A stretch of 64,000 nt of DNA from Octopus vulgaris (lineage: Eukaryota), in assembly GCA_951406725.2 (NCBI GenBank), contig OX597819.1, forward strand, positions 107,818,001-107,882,000, written 5' to 3'. Of the stretch, positions 1 to 17,517 are shown one piece after another; the stretch's first letter is position 1; every line of letters starts with the position of its first letter. The translations under genes were made by a program, and so were the position numbers. Below the pieces are notes generated by a model. That model did not search any database. It saw only the letters and a list, made by a program, of their open reading frames with translations, and was not told the origin of the DNA.

Positions 1-900
1 TTTTCGTCAGGTGCCGATTTATCCATTTCAGTAAAGTTTTACACTGTCCATTTTCCGTGCTTTTTGTGCATGAAATCAAAGGAATCATTCTCTTTTTAAG
101 ATCAGGCTGAATAATACAGTTTTTATTTGTACTATTTGTCATTTTTTGTGAGGAAAACTGAATCCGTTTGTTGATAGGACTTGTGACCTCTGGTAGCAGA
201 TTGCCAGCCAGTGTGAACTTTTGCAATACGCAAATGATGTCAGCAAAATAATGTTTCAGGTATATTGAGGATGCCCAAACACACTGAGGTGATAAGTACT
301 GCTCCTGGGGAGTTCGAAGCGGTGGCAGGAACAAAATGTAATCAAGGAAAGTCGATGAGGCCTGTAACTCAATATTTGGGAAGGCAAATCCAGGCTGCTC
401 AACAGCGCTGTGAAGCATTGGAATCATGAACGAACTGATGAAATTGCTTGGGATCTGCTTTAATCCAGGTCTCCAGTTAGACAAGCACTATAACGTGGTG
501 ATGAGTAGAATAGCTAATAGTCTTTTCTACCCTAGGCATAAGGCCCGAAATTTTGGGGGAGGGGCCTGTCGAGTAGATCGACCCCAGTACGCAACTGGTA
601 TTTAATTTATCGACGAAAGTATGAAAGGCAAAATCGATCTCGCTTACTCTTCTAATTTCTGTGGAAGGGGTGGATTTCGCTGGTCAGACAGTCCACTTGC
701 TGCGTCAATATCAGCAGCGTGGGGAACTGGGCATGCATTGGCTAATGATGGGCAGACATGCACTGAGGTTGCGACTTCTCCAGTATTTCCTTAACAGAGA
801 GCAGGTGTGGTTGTTGTTTGTTTCACTCAGATTTTCGGCAGCTTGTCGCTTTTATATTTTGAGGAAGAAGGATAGGATATAGTATATGGCATGAGGAAAG
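1..900 (+). mobile_element. Old decayed Tx1/L1-clade LINE ORF2 fragment, interrupted by a SINE at about 520-645
   Basis: ORF 661..882 (GELGMHWLMMGRHALRLR...EQVW) matches GGLGMPWLMMRRHALRLR...EQVW in the 12901..14847 ORF; YANDV (YADDV-like) near 228-240; EFEAVAGTK-like segment near 310. Confidence 0.75.
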
Positions 901-929
901 CAGAGGTTGAACTCAGATATTTCATGCCT

Positions 930-1205
930 CGGAAGAAACGCTAGCACGCCGGGCGAAATGCGTAGCCGTATTAGGCGGCGAGCTGGCAGAAACGTTAGCA
1001 CGACGGGCGAAATGCGTAGCTGTATTTCGTCTGCCGCTACGTTCTGAGTTCAAATTCCGCCGAGGTCGACTTTGCCTTTCATCCTTTCGGGGTCGATTAA
1101 ATAAGTACTAGTTACGCACGGAGGTCGATATAATCAACTTAATCCGTTTGTCTGTCCTTGTTTGTCCTCTCTGTGTTTAGCCCCTTGTGGGTAGTAAAGA
1201 AATAG
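930..1205 (+). mobile_element. tRNA-derived SINE family A (central domain resembling Nin/Deu), with partial 5' duplication
   Basis: GGCGGCGAGCTGGCAGAAACGTTAGC head, GAGTTCAAATTCC B-box, GCCTTTCATCCTTTCGGGGTCGAT core; many copies in the window. Confidence 0.85.
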
Positions 1206-1904
1206 GTATTCCATGCCTCTTTTCTCATATTCTATTTTATATGTCTTCACCATCACTAGCGTCTCTGGTTTTGTGATTTGTCTTTGTAATATATTCTCAT
1301 CCGTTGCCCTTGAGGCAAATAAAGAATTAATTATTATTATTCCAGTACATCAAATCTGTAGAGGCGAGCATTTTTCAGGTCAGCTGCTTTTTAAGTCTTT
1401 TTTTTTTTCTCTCTATTTCTCAAAATGTTATATCACTCGACTCTGCTGTCAACATATCGGAATGACTTTGAAAATACCGAAAAGAACACCAGCAACAATA
1501 ACAACATTATCGACAAGATCAAAAGATTATTTGCAATGTAATCAAAAGTCTGTTTCTGCTTGCTTTCTTAATCAATATTACTGTGTATATCTTTGGTGTA
1601 TTTTCATGTAAATATTTGTCTGTGGTCATAGAGTACACAATAGAGAGGTTATCAATTATCCCCCCCTTCGTTAATTTATTTGAGAAAATGTCTACATAAG
1701 TGAAAAAGTGAGAAAAAATAAAAACAGAAAAACTTTCACACTACCTGAACCCAAACAGACCACCTGACCCTTGTAAACAAAAAAACTAGATACCCAATCA
1801 GCAAACAACTTTTATGAGAAATGTATAGGTCATGCAGTACAAAATTGAGATATCATTTGTCTCCTCTTCAGTATTATATCCAAAAATACTTTCCCATTTC
1901 CGCA

Positions 1905-2109
1905 TTCGACATTTTTAACTTCTGGGGTCTTGCATGCGTAGCGGGCTTGATACTTGCAGTCTATGGTACCATGCTATGTGTTCTTTTCAACTATTTAATA
2001 CCATCCTGGTCATTCTAGCCGTATCAAGAATGTGAATATCTTGTAACAGCTTTACTGAGTATTCTATTCCGATTCCCTTTATATTCCTTCTGATACTGTC
2101 CCCAAGGAC
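1905..2109 (-). mobile_element. 3' end of an R4/Dong-like RLE non-LTR retrotransposon abutting a (TAA)n/(TGA)n array
   Basis: Minus-strand translation LGTVS...IKGIGIEYSVKLLQDIHILDTARMTRMVLNS* resembles the R4/Dong C-terminus (GALGTV...LLQK...LGTARI.R.VL); microsatellite at 2110-2211. Confidence 0.6.
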
Positions 2110-2143
2110 ATCATCATCATCATTATTATCATCATTATTATCA

Positions 2144-2214
<71 letters not shown>

Positions 2215-2539
2215 GCCCCTTAAACCGTTCCCATCCCAAAATGAAACAAATAACCAAGAAATCAAACAACTTTTTCGCATTTCAGCTTTATAGATATTGA
2301 TAGTGTGGGTGGCCAGTTATATTACAATATTGACTACTCTACATCTTAGAGCGTGCTTCTTCTCCAGATCTATGTTTTTCTACAAACGATATATATATAT
2401 ATATATATATATATAAACATATAGATATACATATATATACACATATATACATAGATAAATATGAGTGCGTGAGTGTGTGTGTGCGCGCGCGTCTGTGTGT
2501 GTGCATGTAATGAATTCTAACATCTAAATAAGAGCTCAC

Positions 2540-2842
2540 ATTTGGGTGGAAGGAGTACTGCCAATTATACTGCCACTTGTCATCATCATCATTGTGACCA
2601 CCAACACTCGGTCTATGGATGGCTCATCCGAGCTCTCTGGAGATTTTCTTTTAATTATGTCAGTAGGACCTTCCATCATATGTGCCATCGCCAGATGCTG
2701 AGTGTGGACTTCCACAAACTTCTCACAGTACAGTGTAACCAATTTTGAGAAAGAAGGACAGAGGTAGCGGCGAGGAGGAGGAGGAGGAATTGAAGACGTT
2801 AACGTAATTCAATACCGCGATGTACGTTATGCACCTCTCAAC
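2540..2842 (-). other. Candidate host exon (5'UTR plus start of CDS)
   Basis: Unique sequence bounded by ttttcacAG acceptor and AAT/GTGAG donor; MAHMMEGPTD...STPSTQ frame stays open to the donor; no recognisable homology. Confidence 0.3.
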
Positions 2843-3177
2843 CTGTGAAAACTTGCAAAATCCACACCCACTCTTTTATTTCTAAAATAATAGGATTAAC
2901 AATTTTGCATCCATTTTAGCCAATGCTCTGGCTTTTGATGTTAACTGTCAGAAATGTAAAATAAATACCATATGAAACATTTTGAAAATGTATGGATTAA
3001 TTTCTTTATTATTTTCCTCTCCTTCCACGAATAATTTATTTTTCCTTTTAAATTTAAATTGGAAATGATAGAGCACAACATAAATAATCTCCTTAGAGGA
3101 GTTTTCAAATGTTTTGCCTTATGTTTATTAAAGATAGTCTGATTATCTGATTAGTTGCATGATTGTTTGCTTAAGTG

Positions 3178-3482
3178 AAGGCGTGTGTCTTAGAACGTAA
3201 GGTATTCGGCTTACGATCACCAGGTCGTGTGTTCGAAACCGGTGGCGCATTGTTTCCTTAAACAAGACACGTTATTTCACGTTGCTCTTGTCCACTCAGT
3301 TGGCAAAAATGAGTTGTATCTGTATTTCAAAGAGCAAGCCTTGTCACATTCTATGTCTCACTGAATCTTCTTGAGAAATATGTTAAGGGTATGCGTGTCT
3401 ATGGAACGCTCAGTCTGTTTCACTTAATTTCACGAGCAGGCTGTTTCATTGATCGGATCAATTGGAACTCTCGTCGTCGTAA
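3178..3482 (+). mobile_element. tRNA-derived SINE family C, decayed
   Basis: tRNA-like head with GTTCGAAACC, then CAAGACACGTTATTTCACGTTGCTC..CACTCAG, shared with 43892 and 57087. Confidence 0.7.
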
Positions 3483-4489
3483 TTGATTGTTATGTTTGTC
3501 TTCACACTGTTTTACGTTGTTAATCGACAGAAAAGAACTGTGGAATTGATAATCCCAAATCCTATGAGACTACAGGGACAATATCAATTTTTCAGATCCT
3601 TTGGTTCCAAAGTCTGTCCATATTACTGATTTTTTCCGAAACAAATATGGTCACGTTGGTCAATACATTCTAAATTAAGTAAATATTAAATTTACATAAA
3701 TAGTTAAATGAAAAACAGGTACCTGTACAATAGTATGAATTATACAAGTTTGTCATTAGTGTACTGTACAAGGTACTAGTCTGTGTAAGGCACTAAGTAA
3801 ACTAGTGAGGTGGCCACGGGAATTTTAAGTTCCTGCTCGTAATATATGCCGATTGTTAGAGGTTCTGGACAATCATTGAGTAGAAATTCGTTGTTGTTCC
3901 TGCAGTGGGATTGATGCGGTTGGTGTTCAGGTTGAACATAGAGAAAGATATGAGACAAAAATATGAGAGAGAGAGAGCAATTCCAGAGAATTGGATCCGT
4001 CGGAGTATGACTAAACAGCGTAATCTCAGATTTGTTTACTCTTTTCAGGGGGTTGGGTAACCATTTTGAACTCCATCTTTGGCGTTTATGTATGGAATTA
4101 CATTTGGTATATAATAGTAGCCGATATTTGGTATCGTTGACTAAATTTTCCTATCTGATCAGCTTTTTAAAAGATTAGAGTGTGATTTGAGGAAAAATTA
4201 GAGTGCTACATCTAGTAGGGGAAAAGATCCCATAGAGGTATTTTCATTTAAAGAAAATGGGTAGCTTAGAGCTCCATGTACTTTGGTCTTTTGGAGAGGG
4301 GCTGCACAATAATGATGCAGTGTGGGTGATAGAACAGATATGTTAATCTCCTGGATAGTTTTTCGCTGTGTATGTGTGTGTATCTGTGCTTATGTATGTA
4401 CTTGCCTAACAGTAATATACATTTATATCTATATACACGCACGCACACACACGTATCAAAACAAAGAATCAAAAGTCCTTCCCGCATCA

Positions 4490-4680
4490 TAAGCCCATAA
4501 GGCCATTTTTCCGTATTCTGTGGCGAATATATTCCACACTTAGACGGGACGCCAGTTTAGTCCCAGGGTTGCTCGTGTTCTCAACTGAATGGAATGGAGT
4601 AAAATGGGACAACGTGAAATAAATTTTTTTGCTCAAAAGCGCAGCACATCGCCCGGCCCAGGAATTGAAACCACAATTTT
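4490..4680 (-). mobile_element. SINE family C-like copy, decayed
   Basis: Minus strand GGTTTCAATTCCTGGGCCGGGCGATGTGCTGCGCTTTTGAGCAA...ATTTCACGTTG. Confidence 0.55.
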
Positions 4681-4922
4681 ACCACATGTGTGTGTGTGTG
4701 TGTGTATTTATGTATGCATTTATTTATCTACATCTTGGCTTAGCTCGAACAATGGCAGTCAGCCTTGCTGATGCTCTACGGATAAACAAATATATCTCCT
4801 CACTAAATATGAGCTGAACGAGTACCTATTTACAACACGTGCATAAAATTCTGAGTTGCTCAGGAGTAATTCCTCAGCAGATTCATTATAAATGTTTGTA
4901 TTTATTAGTCTGCGTACTTTCA

Positions 4923-5039
<117 letters not shown>

Positions 5040-5729
5040 ATTGATTAGCAGTCAATAACTCATATGGCCATTATTGAAGATGTGCCTTACAGACTCTGAA
5101 TCATTGCCTGTTAACTTCTTTTAAGAATTTGTCAAATCGTCGAAACCCTTTTGCAAATTGAATACTGAAGGAAACCATGCTATACGAATTATTAATTTTT
5201 TAATACTACTCGCCTCCATGTATAGAGTACTTATGAATTGTTATTACATGTGTGTGTGTGTTTGTGTGTTATTTGTATATTGCATTCCAAGCCAACTTTT
5301 ACTAATCCTTATAGTTAGAAAGATCTCAGAACATAGAAAAAAATGCAAAACTGGAAAGTTTCTTCATAAATTATTTTGTTTTCTATGCATGTATGTGTGC
5401 GCATATTGGTACGCGTGTGTATGTGTGCGTGAGTCTGTGTATGAGTATTTTTGCGTAGGAAGGACATGAAAGTATTACAGACGTGGAATAAAAAGAATTA
5501 TTTTAACGCATTATTTCCTTAATTTCTTTAATAATTCATATTTTCATCTATATCTGTCTCTATAAACATGTTCGTGGACGGTTGTGCTCGTTGGTGTGGA
5601 CTACGAGATGCATAATTTAGTCGAAAACTCAGCTTATAGTCTTCATTCTCAATAACAAAACTAGAGAGAAAGAACGAAAGAAAAGAGATAGAGAACAAGA
5701 AATATTGGCAGAATCATATAGATATATAC

Positions 5730-6678
5730 ATATATATATACTACATGTGTGGAAATCTGTGGCTGTATTTGTGACGTTGTTATCTACGTCGTTTTGTCGA
5801 TTTTAATGAAATTTGACACGTGAGTAAAACTAATGTTAGGAAAACTAGTGACATACTTAGATTGTTGAAAAAATCGATAATAGTGCCCCTGGAAGGGATT
5901 CTTATATCTACTATATATAACTAATATATTATTTTTAAACATCCTAGGGAAATAACCCTAATATATTATTTTTAAACATCCAAAGAAAATAACCCATTCG
6001 CTCCTGAAAGGGATCCTTATTTAAAGCCAAAGGAAATAACCCATTCATGTTTGTAAATTTTTTCGTATAAATCAAATTGAGTTTGCTTATTTCTTAGTAT
6101 TTGAACTATTTGAGTTATTTTCGCAATTTACCCAGTACAACGCTTAAACAAGTAAATAGTATTTTCCTAAACAATAGATCCACTTATTTCGGTTTGTGGC
6201 TTATTCGCGAATATACCAACACTAGCGCCGTTGAAAGTAATATTCTCTGCGAACGCACAAAAGCTTTTTTCAGAATCATTTACTTTGAATTATTATCTCA
6301 TATCTGATTAGCCTGTTATTACATAACATGCTTCACGATTTTAGTATACATACCTTATTAGTATTTTCTCTTAAGTTCTATATACTCTGGGAACGTATTA
6401 AAGCCTTTTTCGGGGCTACTTTATTTGAATACTTACTATCGGGTAATAAATTTCATGTTATTATATAACTGACTTCACAATTTCGATATTCATAACTTAT
6501 TGGTAATTCGTACAAACAAGATGCTGTGTAAGACAGTTCGGTCTTCTCACTGAATGCATGAATCCGTTTTAAGAGCTACATACTTTGCATTGTTGTCAGT
6601 GGGTTAGCGAAACAATTACGAGAACGAAACCAAGGAATAAACCCCGCTTTCCCGGGAATTACCGGGTACATCAACTAG
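5730..6678 (+). mobile_element. Non-autonomous Helitron-like element
   Basis: 3' end with CCCGG-gaatta-CCGGG hairpin then CTAG|T; internal repeats of GGAAATAACCC; 5' limit uncertain. Confidence 0.55.
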
Positions 6679-6764
6679 TATATATATAAATGCATGCATG
6701 TTTGTATGTATGTATGTATGTATGTATGTATGTATGTATGTATGTATGTATGTATGTATGTATG

Positions 6765-6935
6765 CTTAGCGGTATTTCGTCTAACTTTACGTTCTGGGTT
6801 CAAATTCCGCCGAGGTCAACTTTGCCTTTCATCCTTCCGGGGTCGGTAAATTAAGTATCAATTGCTTACTGTGGTCGATCTGCTCGATTGATCCCTTTCC
6901 CAAAAAATTCAGGCCTTGGGTCTAAAGTAGAAAAG
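6765..6935 (+). mobile_element. SINE family A copy
   Basis: GGGTTCAAATTCCGCCGAGGTCAACTTTGCCTTTCATCC core. Confidence 0.8.
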
Positions 6936-6964
6936 AATGTGTGTATGTGTGTGTTTATGTGTAT

Positions 6965-7045
<81 letters not shown>

Positions 7046-7076
7046 CGTTTGCATATATATATATATATATATATAT

Positions 7077-7820
7077 TGGCTGCGATGGGTAAATTGTCGC
7101 CATTTTATAATTTTAGTTTTGTGCATGCTCATTGTTTGTTTTCATTTTATCGACTACACAGTATAGTAGGGTCGGTTGGGCACCGTCTGTGAGAAAACAG
7201 CACCATGACGCAATTCACTTTGGCGGTAACTTGGAAACGACATGCTGTACTGCTTGTCATTCGCGCCGGACATTTCAGAGTGTTTGGGTGTCAGTCTGAG
7301 AACATGTACCGAGAGTGATAAAAATCAAACATCCAGTCAATGTCGTGGTGTTTGGGGTGGTCACCCTGTGTCAAGAGGGTGGCTTCTGAAAGACCCTACG
7401 TCTTGCATTATGCCACACAAGCAAGAGAATCCAGTCATGGCTTTCAGGCAATTTCTGCGACCACATCATCCCTAACATCTGGCCACCTAACTCCCTAGAC
7501 TGCAACTCCCTTAGTTATTATGTGAGGGGTACAGTTGAGCGAGAGACCATCAAAGTTCCTTGTAACACCAAAGAACTGAAGGCAAAGATTATGGCTGCAT
7601 TCACCAACTTAGACAAGGAGACAGTCTAGAAGAGTTGCAGGAGACTCCAATTCGTCTGGGGGCTGTTGAAACCAATGGCGATTGTATTGAATGAATTTAT
7701 TCTTTAGTATCTTAAGATATTTTCGATGTAATGTTGGAAGATATAACAGTTAAAATGAGATGTCAGTGTTATTTTCATTTTTGCGTAATTTAGACGACAA
7801 TTTATTCACCACAACTGGTG
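7077..7820 (+). mobile_element. DD37D (maT-type) Tc1/mariner deletion derivative
   Basis: Ends GATGGGTAAATTGTCG and GACAATTTATTCACC; transposase remnant WPPNSLDCNSLSYYV; homologous to 28344-29190 and 36532-37080. Confidence 0.8.
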
Positions 7821-7902
7821 TATATATATATATATATATAACTAATGTTATCAATGGCCAGCATATCAAAAAATACCTTTAAAGGTTAAATTTATAAATA
7901 AC

Positions 7903-8160
7903 ATATAAAATAAGGGCAAAAGAAAAATTATAATGCCAAATATGCCGATAAACGACAAAATTGTCAATAACCATTATAATTTAAGCGTCTCGAAACAAGT
8001 CGACAGAAATTTCTAAGAAAATCCGTTATTACCGTATTGGTCCCAATTTCGGGGTTAATCGTTAAGCGTTTCGAGACGCTTAAATTATATTGAGTTATTG
8101 ACAATTTTGTCTTTTTCGGCATATTTGGCATTAGAATTTTTCTTTTGCCCTTATTTTATA
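7903..8160. repeat. Imperfect inverted repeat (arms about 90 bp), MITE- or foldback-like
   Basis: AAAATAAGGGCAAAAG...AAGCGTCTCGAAAC is mirrored by GTTTCGAGACGCTT...CTTTTGCCCTTATTTT. Confidence 0.75.
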
Positions 8161-8218
<58 letters not shown>

Positions 8219-8224
8219 CTTCTT

Positions 8225-8575
<351 letters not shown>

Positions 8576-8745
8576 TACAACAATATCTGTTTCAACACAC
8601 GATTTCACATCAGAACCAATATACGTTCTACAAATTATTTCGGAGTCTAATTAATTCCAAAGACAAAAACGAAAAACTCTTAATGAAATAAACATTAAAT
8701 TCTTCGTCGGGAATTCCATAAAAGAATAAAAGAATATACATATAA

Positions 8746-9575
<830 letters not shown>

Positions 9576-10152
9576 CGCACACACACGCACATACGTATAT
9601 ATATACATATGTGTGTGTGTGTCTGTGTGTGTGTGTATGTATGCATATGCATACATGCATTTATACATATATGTTTGTGTGTGCGTATGTGTATGTGTGT
9701 GTGTGTGTGTGTAAGTGAGCGCGTTTGTCAGTTTAACAACTTTTATTTAAAATATATAACATAAAATCGCACACAGCTATCTACACTTCATTTTATATGT
9801 TAATGAATTGTTCATATATCTTGTTTCAGCCAATACGTCTAAGTTCATTGACATTTCAAGAGTGTCTTGGACATATATCTGTATAAGATGATATTACTAA
9901 CGCATTTTTGTCACCGTTTTCCCAAGGAATCAACACCACTGGGAATGCTGCTGCTTCTGTAACTGTTTCCTATTTATTATCACCAGGTATTCGCTTTTTC
10001 TGTTCGTTACTGTCTGATTTGTTTCAATAATTAAAAAAGTATGTTGTATCGTTGTCTCTCGTACTCAACTGGTGTAATGTGATGTCTGTGTAGTGTGTGC
10101 GCGTACAGACATTACAAACCTCTGTGTGTGTATCTGTGTGTGTCTGTATAAA

Positions 10153-10316
10153 GGCGCAGGAGTGGCCTCTGTGGTTAGAAGTTTGCTTCACAAGTACATG
10201 ATTCCGCGGGTTCAGTCCCACTGCGCAGCGCTTTAAGTAAATGTCTTCTTCTATAGCCTCGGGCTGACCAAAGTCTTGCGAGTGGATTTGCTAGTTCGAA
10301 ACTGAAAGAAGCCTAT

Positions 10317-10318
<2 letters not shown>
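10153..10318 (+). mobile_element. SINE family B head
   Basis: GGCGCAGGAGTGGC...GGGTTCAGTCCCACTGCG...GAAACTGAAAGAAGCC. Confidence 0.75.
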
Positions 10319-10357
<39 letters not shown>

Positions 10358-11763
10358 CGATTAGAAATTGCACTGAAGGCTGACTGGGTGGCACGCGGAA
10401 AATTAAAGCACAAATCCTGAACAAGCTCATCCTTCATCAGTTATCGTCCAAAAATCATAACAATTTCACGCCTTTAATGATAAGATTGTTCACATGATTA
10501 GGTATGCATGTGCACATACGTGTGTATTTATATTTGTATTTATAAAATTTGGACGTGGACTTGCATGAAATGATGAAGGAATTAATCAATTTATGATAAA
10601 TGCAACTCCTAACTCAAATAAACTTTATCAATTCATGGTGAACGCAACTTCTAATAAAGATTCCAGTGCTAATGCAATTAGGATTTTCTGATAAATATCT
10701 TCTATGATCTGCATATTTATCTGTTTATCCCCAAATCCTGAGGAATCTCAAGTAGCTTCGTGTATTCACATCCCAGACGGAGACGAGTACCAATCTTACA
10801 TGTGGCAGGCTTGATAATTGCTGAGCAATTTCTCTTGGCTTGAAACTAATGGTAGCCTTGTTAACCTACAATAAAGAATATATGTATATATTTATATATT
10901 TATATATATATATATATATATAATATATGTATATATTTATATATTTATATATATATTTACATATATTTCAGTGGCGACTCCGGCACTCAGGCTGTTCGGG
11001 CTTAGCCCGAGTATAAATTTAGTGAAGTGAATGTGTATTTGCAATCTGATTTAATTTCTGCAAATACTGACTTCAAGAATGTAATTGCAGCACATAATTC
11101 GAGCTCCTTTTATTGAGCCTGGTCACAGTTTATTCATTTTCTTTCAGCGTCTGGCGGTCATCTTAGAGGTGTCCTGTGTCACAAAATATCATCCATTGCA
11201 GACGTTCTCTTGACACCGTCCACACGCGCCTGATTCGGGCTCATAAGATACAGCCCGAGTTGTTATCTATAATCGTAAAAATTAAAAGTAATTCAAATTC
11301 AATTTTTTTCTTGAAACAATAAATTTCTATAGAGATTAGGATTTAAATTATAATCTGTGAAAAGTTTCCGTTCTACAATATTCTTAAAGGAACGAAAAAC
11401 TATCCGACCATTCGGGCTAATATGAATGAGCCTGGTAGGTGTAAAAGACTAACTGGTATCTCTTGTCAAGAGTACATGCGACCGTTAGATGGCTGATGTT
11501 TGTTGTGCATTCTGCTGTAGATATTTGATTGTTGTTATTCTGTGCGTCTGTGTGTAAAGATCAGCTGTGTTTTGCAGGGTTGCTTTTTTTTTTACTCTTA
11601 ACTTAGAAATGGAGATATAAAAAAAATAAGCTATTTGGGGCTAGAAATATAGCGGGAAAACGGGAAATTCTTCGAGCAGACATGTGTCTTATGCGAAATA
11701 TGTGATGAACCCGAATGACGCTGATGACCTCGAGCCGCCTCTGATAGGAAAGAAAGAAGGAGG

Positions 11764-11800
11764 ATTTAACGTTTCGAGCGGAGCTCTTCGTCAGAAACAT
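11764..11800 (-). ncRNA. Minimal type I hammerhead ribozyme motif (Penelope-type)
   Basis: Minus strand GTTT-CTGACGA-A-GAGC tcc GCTC-GAAA-CG-TT-AAAT: intact CUGAnGA and GAAA core, 4-bp stem II, palindromic AACGTT stem III. Confidence 0.7.
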
Positions 11801-11887
11801 AGAAAAAGGAAAGGTCCAAGGAAGGGAAGACGGAGAAAGTAAATCGCCAACGATACACACGCGGTCACATATTGAATTACCGGAAGG

Positions 11888-14964
<3,077 letters not shown>

Positions 14965-14989
14965 ACAATAAAGCTAGTCGCCAAATCAC

Positions 14990-15123
14990 GGTGGCTGTTG
15001 AATGTTACTGCTAGTTTAATCCCAGGCAGATTCTCCATCAGCTGGTTATTGGTGCGACACTCTGCACCCAACTGGCGAAGAATCTGCCTGGGGCTGAGCT
15101 AGTAGTAACATTCAACAGCCACC
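14990..15123. repeat. Inverted repeat (arms about 55 bp)
   Basis: GGTGGCTGTTGAATGTTACT...CCCAGGCAGATTCT versus AGAATCTGCCTGGG...AGTAACATTCAACAGCCACC. Confidence 0.8.
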
Positions 15124-15208
15124 TTGATGTTTTGAGTGGCTTTAGTGCTTAATATACGTTACTTCTCTTCTTGAGATTTTATAGCTAGCTATTTTGCTTA
15201 TATACACA

Positions 15209-15310
<102 letters not shown>

Positions 15311-15339
15311 TGTGTGTCTGTCTGCGTTTTTGTGTTTAT

Positions 15340-15515
15340 GTCTGTTCCCCACTACCGCTTAACAACCGATGTTGGTTTGTTTACGTCCCCATAACTTAGC
15401 GGTTCAGCAATTGAATGAATACTTAAAAATAGTACTGAAGGTGATCCGTTCGACTAAAACCCTTCAAGGCGGTGTCCCAGCATGGCCGCAGTTCAATGAC
15501 TGAAACAAGTAAAGG
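15340..15515 (+). mobile_element. SINE family B tail
   Basis: ACAACCGATGTTGG...AACTTAGCGGTTC...GGCGGTGTCCCAGCATGGCCGCAG...GACTGAAACAAGTAAA. Confidence 0.7.
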
Positions 15516-16417
15516 ACAAAAGTTGACAGTCAGCTCAGAGTTTTGTCCCGTCCTTGGCTCTTTACACCTGTCTAAACAACCAACTCGAACCGAAACTCTG
15601 AGCAGACTATCAATCTTTGATATAATATACATATGTATCCACTCTACCAGCGTACAGAGTTCTGTATCAATGACTGTTTGAATAATGTGCGTAAAATATA
15701 TTTTTCATATATTCTACTCCGCTTACATTACGATAATAAACCTGTGGGTGGTATCGCTTTAAATAAATTATTCTTACTGCTTGACATTTTATATTTTTTT
15801 GGAAAGGTACAAAAAGCATTTTTGCTTCTAGATTTCTTGTGCCTTTCAATCTGTACAAATTGATGGAGATATAAATAGAACCATGATTGAAATGAAAATA
15901 GTATGAGGAACACAGTCGGTCTTCATCTGTTACAGACACGACGTTAATGTTGATACTTAATACGTCAAGACGAGTAGTGAAAGGGTTAATTGCTTTCTCA
16001 GGAAACTAACAAAATGTCATGTATACTCATTTAAAAAGAAATGAATGAAAAAGACATTGTGAAAAGTTAACGCAAAAAGTAACCATAGAATGACTGCAAA
16101 AAATAGTCCAGTCCATTTAATGATAGTTCTGCCTGAGATAATTGGAAACTAAATTATGATACCATTACTTTAGTAACAGCGAGATTTAGTTAACTTTTTA
16201 TTGTCACAGCAAGGTTGTCTGTGTTATAAGTATATTTATTTAAAAAGACATGTTCAGAATTGATATCGAAGTTACAATAGCTGTTGATATTGTTTCTTCA
16301 AGCAGGTCAATGATTAAAGACATTCCAGCCGAGGCCCTCCCATCATTTTCTATTTATTTAAGAGTATGTTTGTCAAGTTGTTCCTTTTGATTGTTGAGTC
16401 TGATTTGAAAGATATGT

Positions 16418-16829
<412 letters not shown>

Positions 16830-17517
16830 TTAAATTAGACATGGCCTTGACCAATCTTTAGTCGAAACATATCTAAGTTTATCAAAGTTTATCTAATTTA
16901 ATTATAAATTTAAAACTACAATTAATACTATTAAAACATGTATATACAAAAGCCTAACTTAATACACCTCGTATGCTTGTTATCAAATAACAAATCTATC
17001 GCTAATTAGTATCTTACGAATAAACTTAAATTTAATATCTAATAATATAGAAAATTACGATAATTAGATCATAACATAAACAACGATATTTACATAAGGA
17101 GAATATTATTACTCCAAAGACTTATACAATATTAACATTTACAATTTGAAGATCTTAAATAAATACATACTTATCTTAGCGTTGAATCAGAAAACGTCTT
17201 TACAGCGTTTATAAGAATACTCGTGGAATTACGTTAGCAAAAAAAAGAATAAATTGTTGAAGAATTCATTACGCGTGAGGAACCTACGTTTTATTAATGA
17301 TTGCGAATGGGAAAATTATTTGTTTATCATTGTAAATAGAATGAAGTCACAAATAAAGAATAAAATCTCTCTATACTATAATATTTATTAATAAAATAAC
17401 TATGATAAATGAAACTTAATACAAAATAAATTAAATGATTTAAATGATTTAAAACCACTAATTATTAGATATATTCTAAAAATCTTATAAGATTAATAAA
17501 TATATAAAAATTTATTT

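Noticed and set aside
10353-10460. CTGATGAAGG in a repeat shared with about 9030-9128
   Set aside because: A real dispersed repeat, but with no GAAA or stem III, so not called a ribozyme
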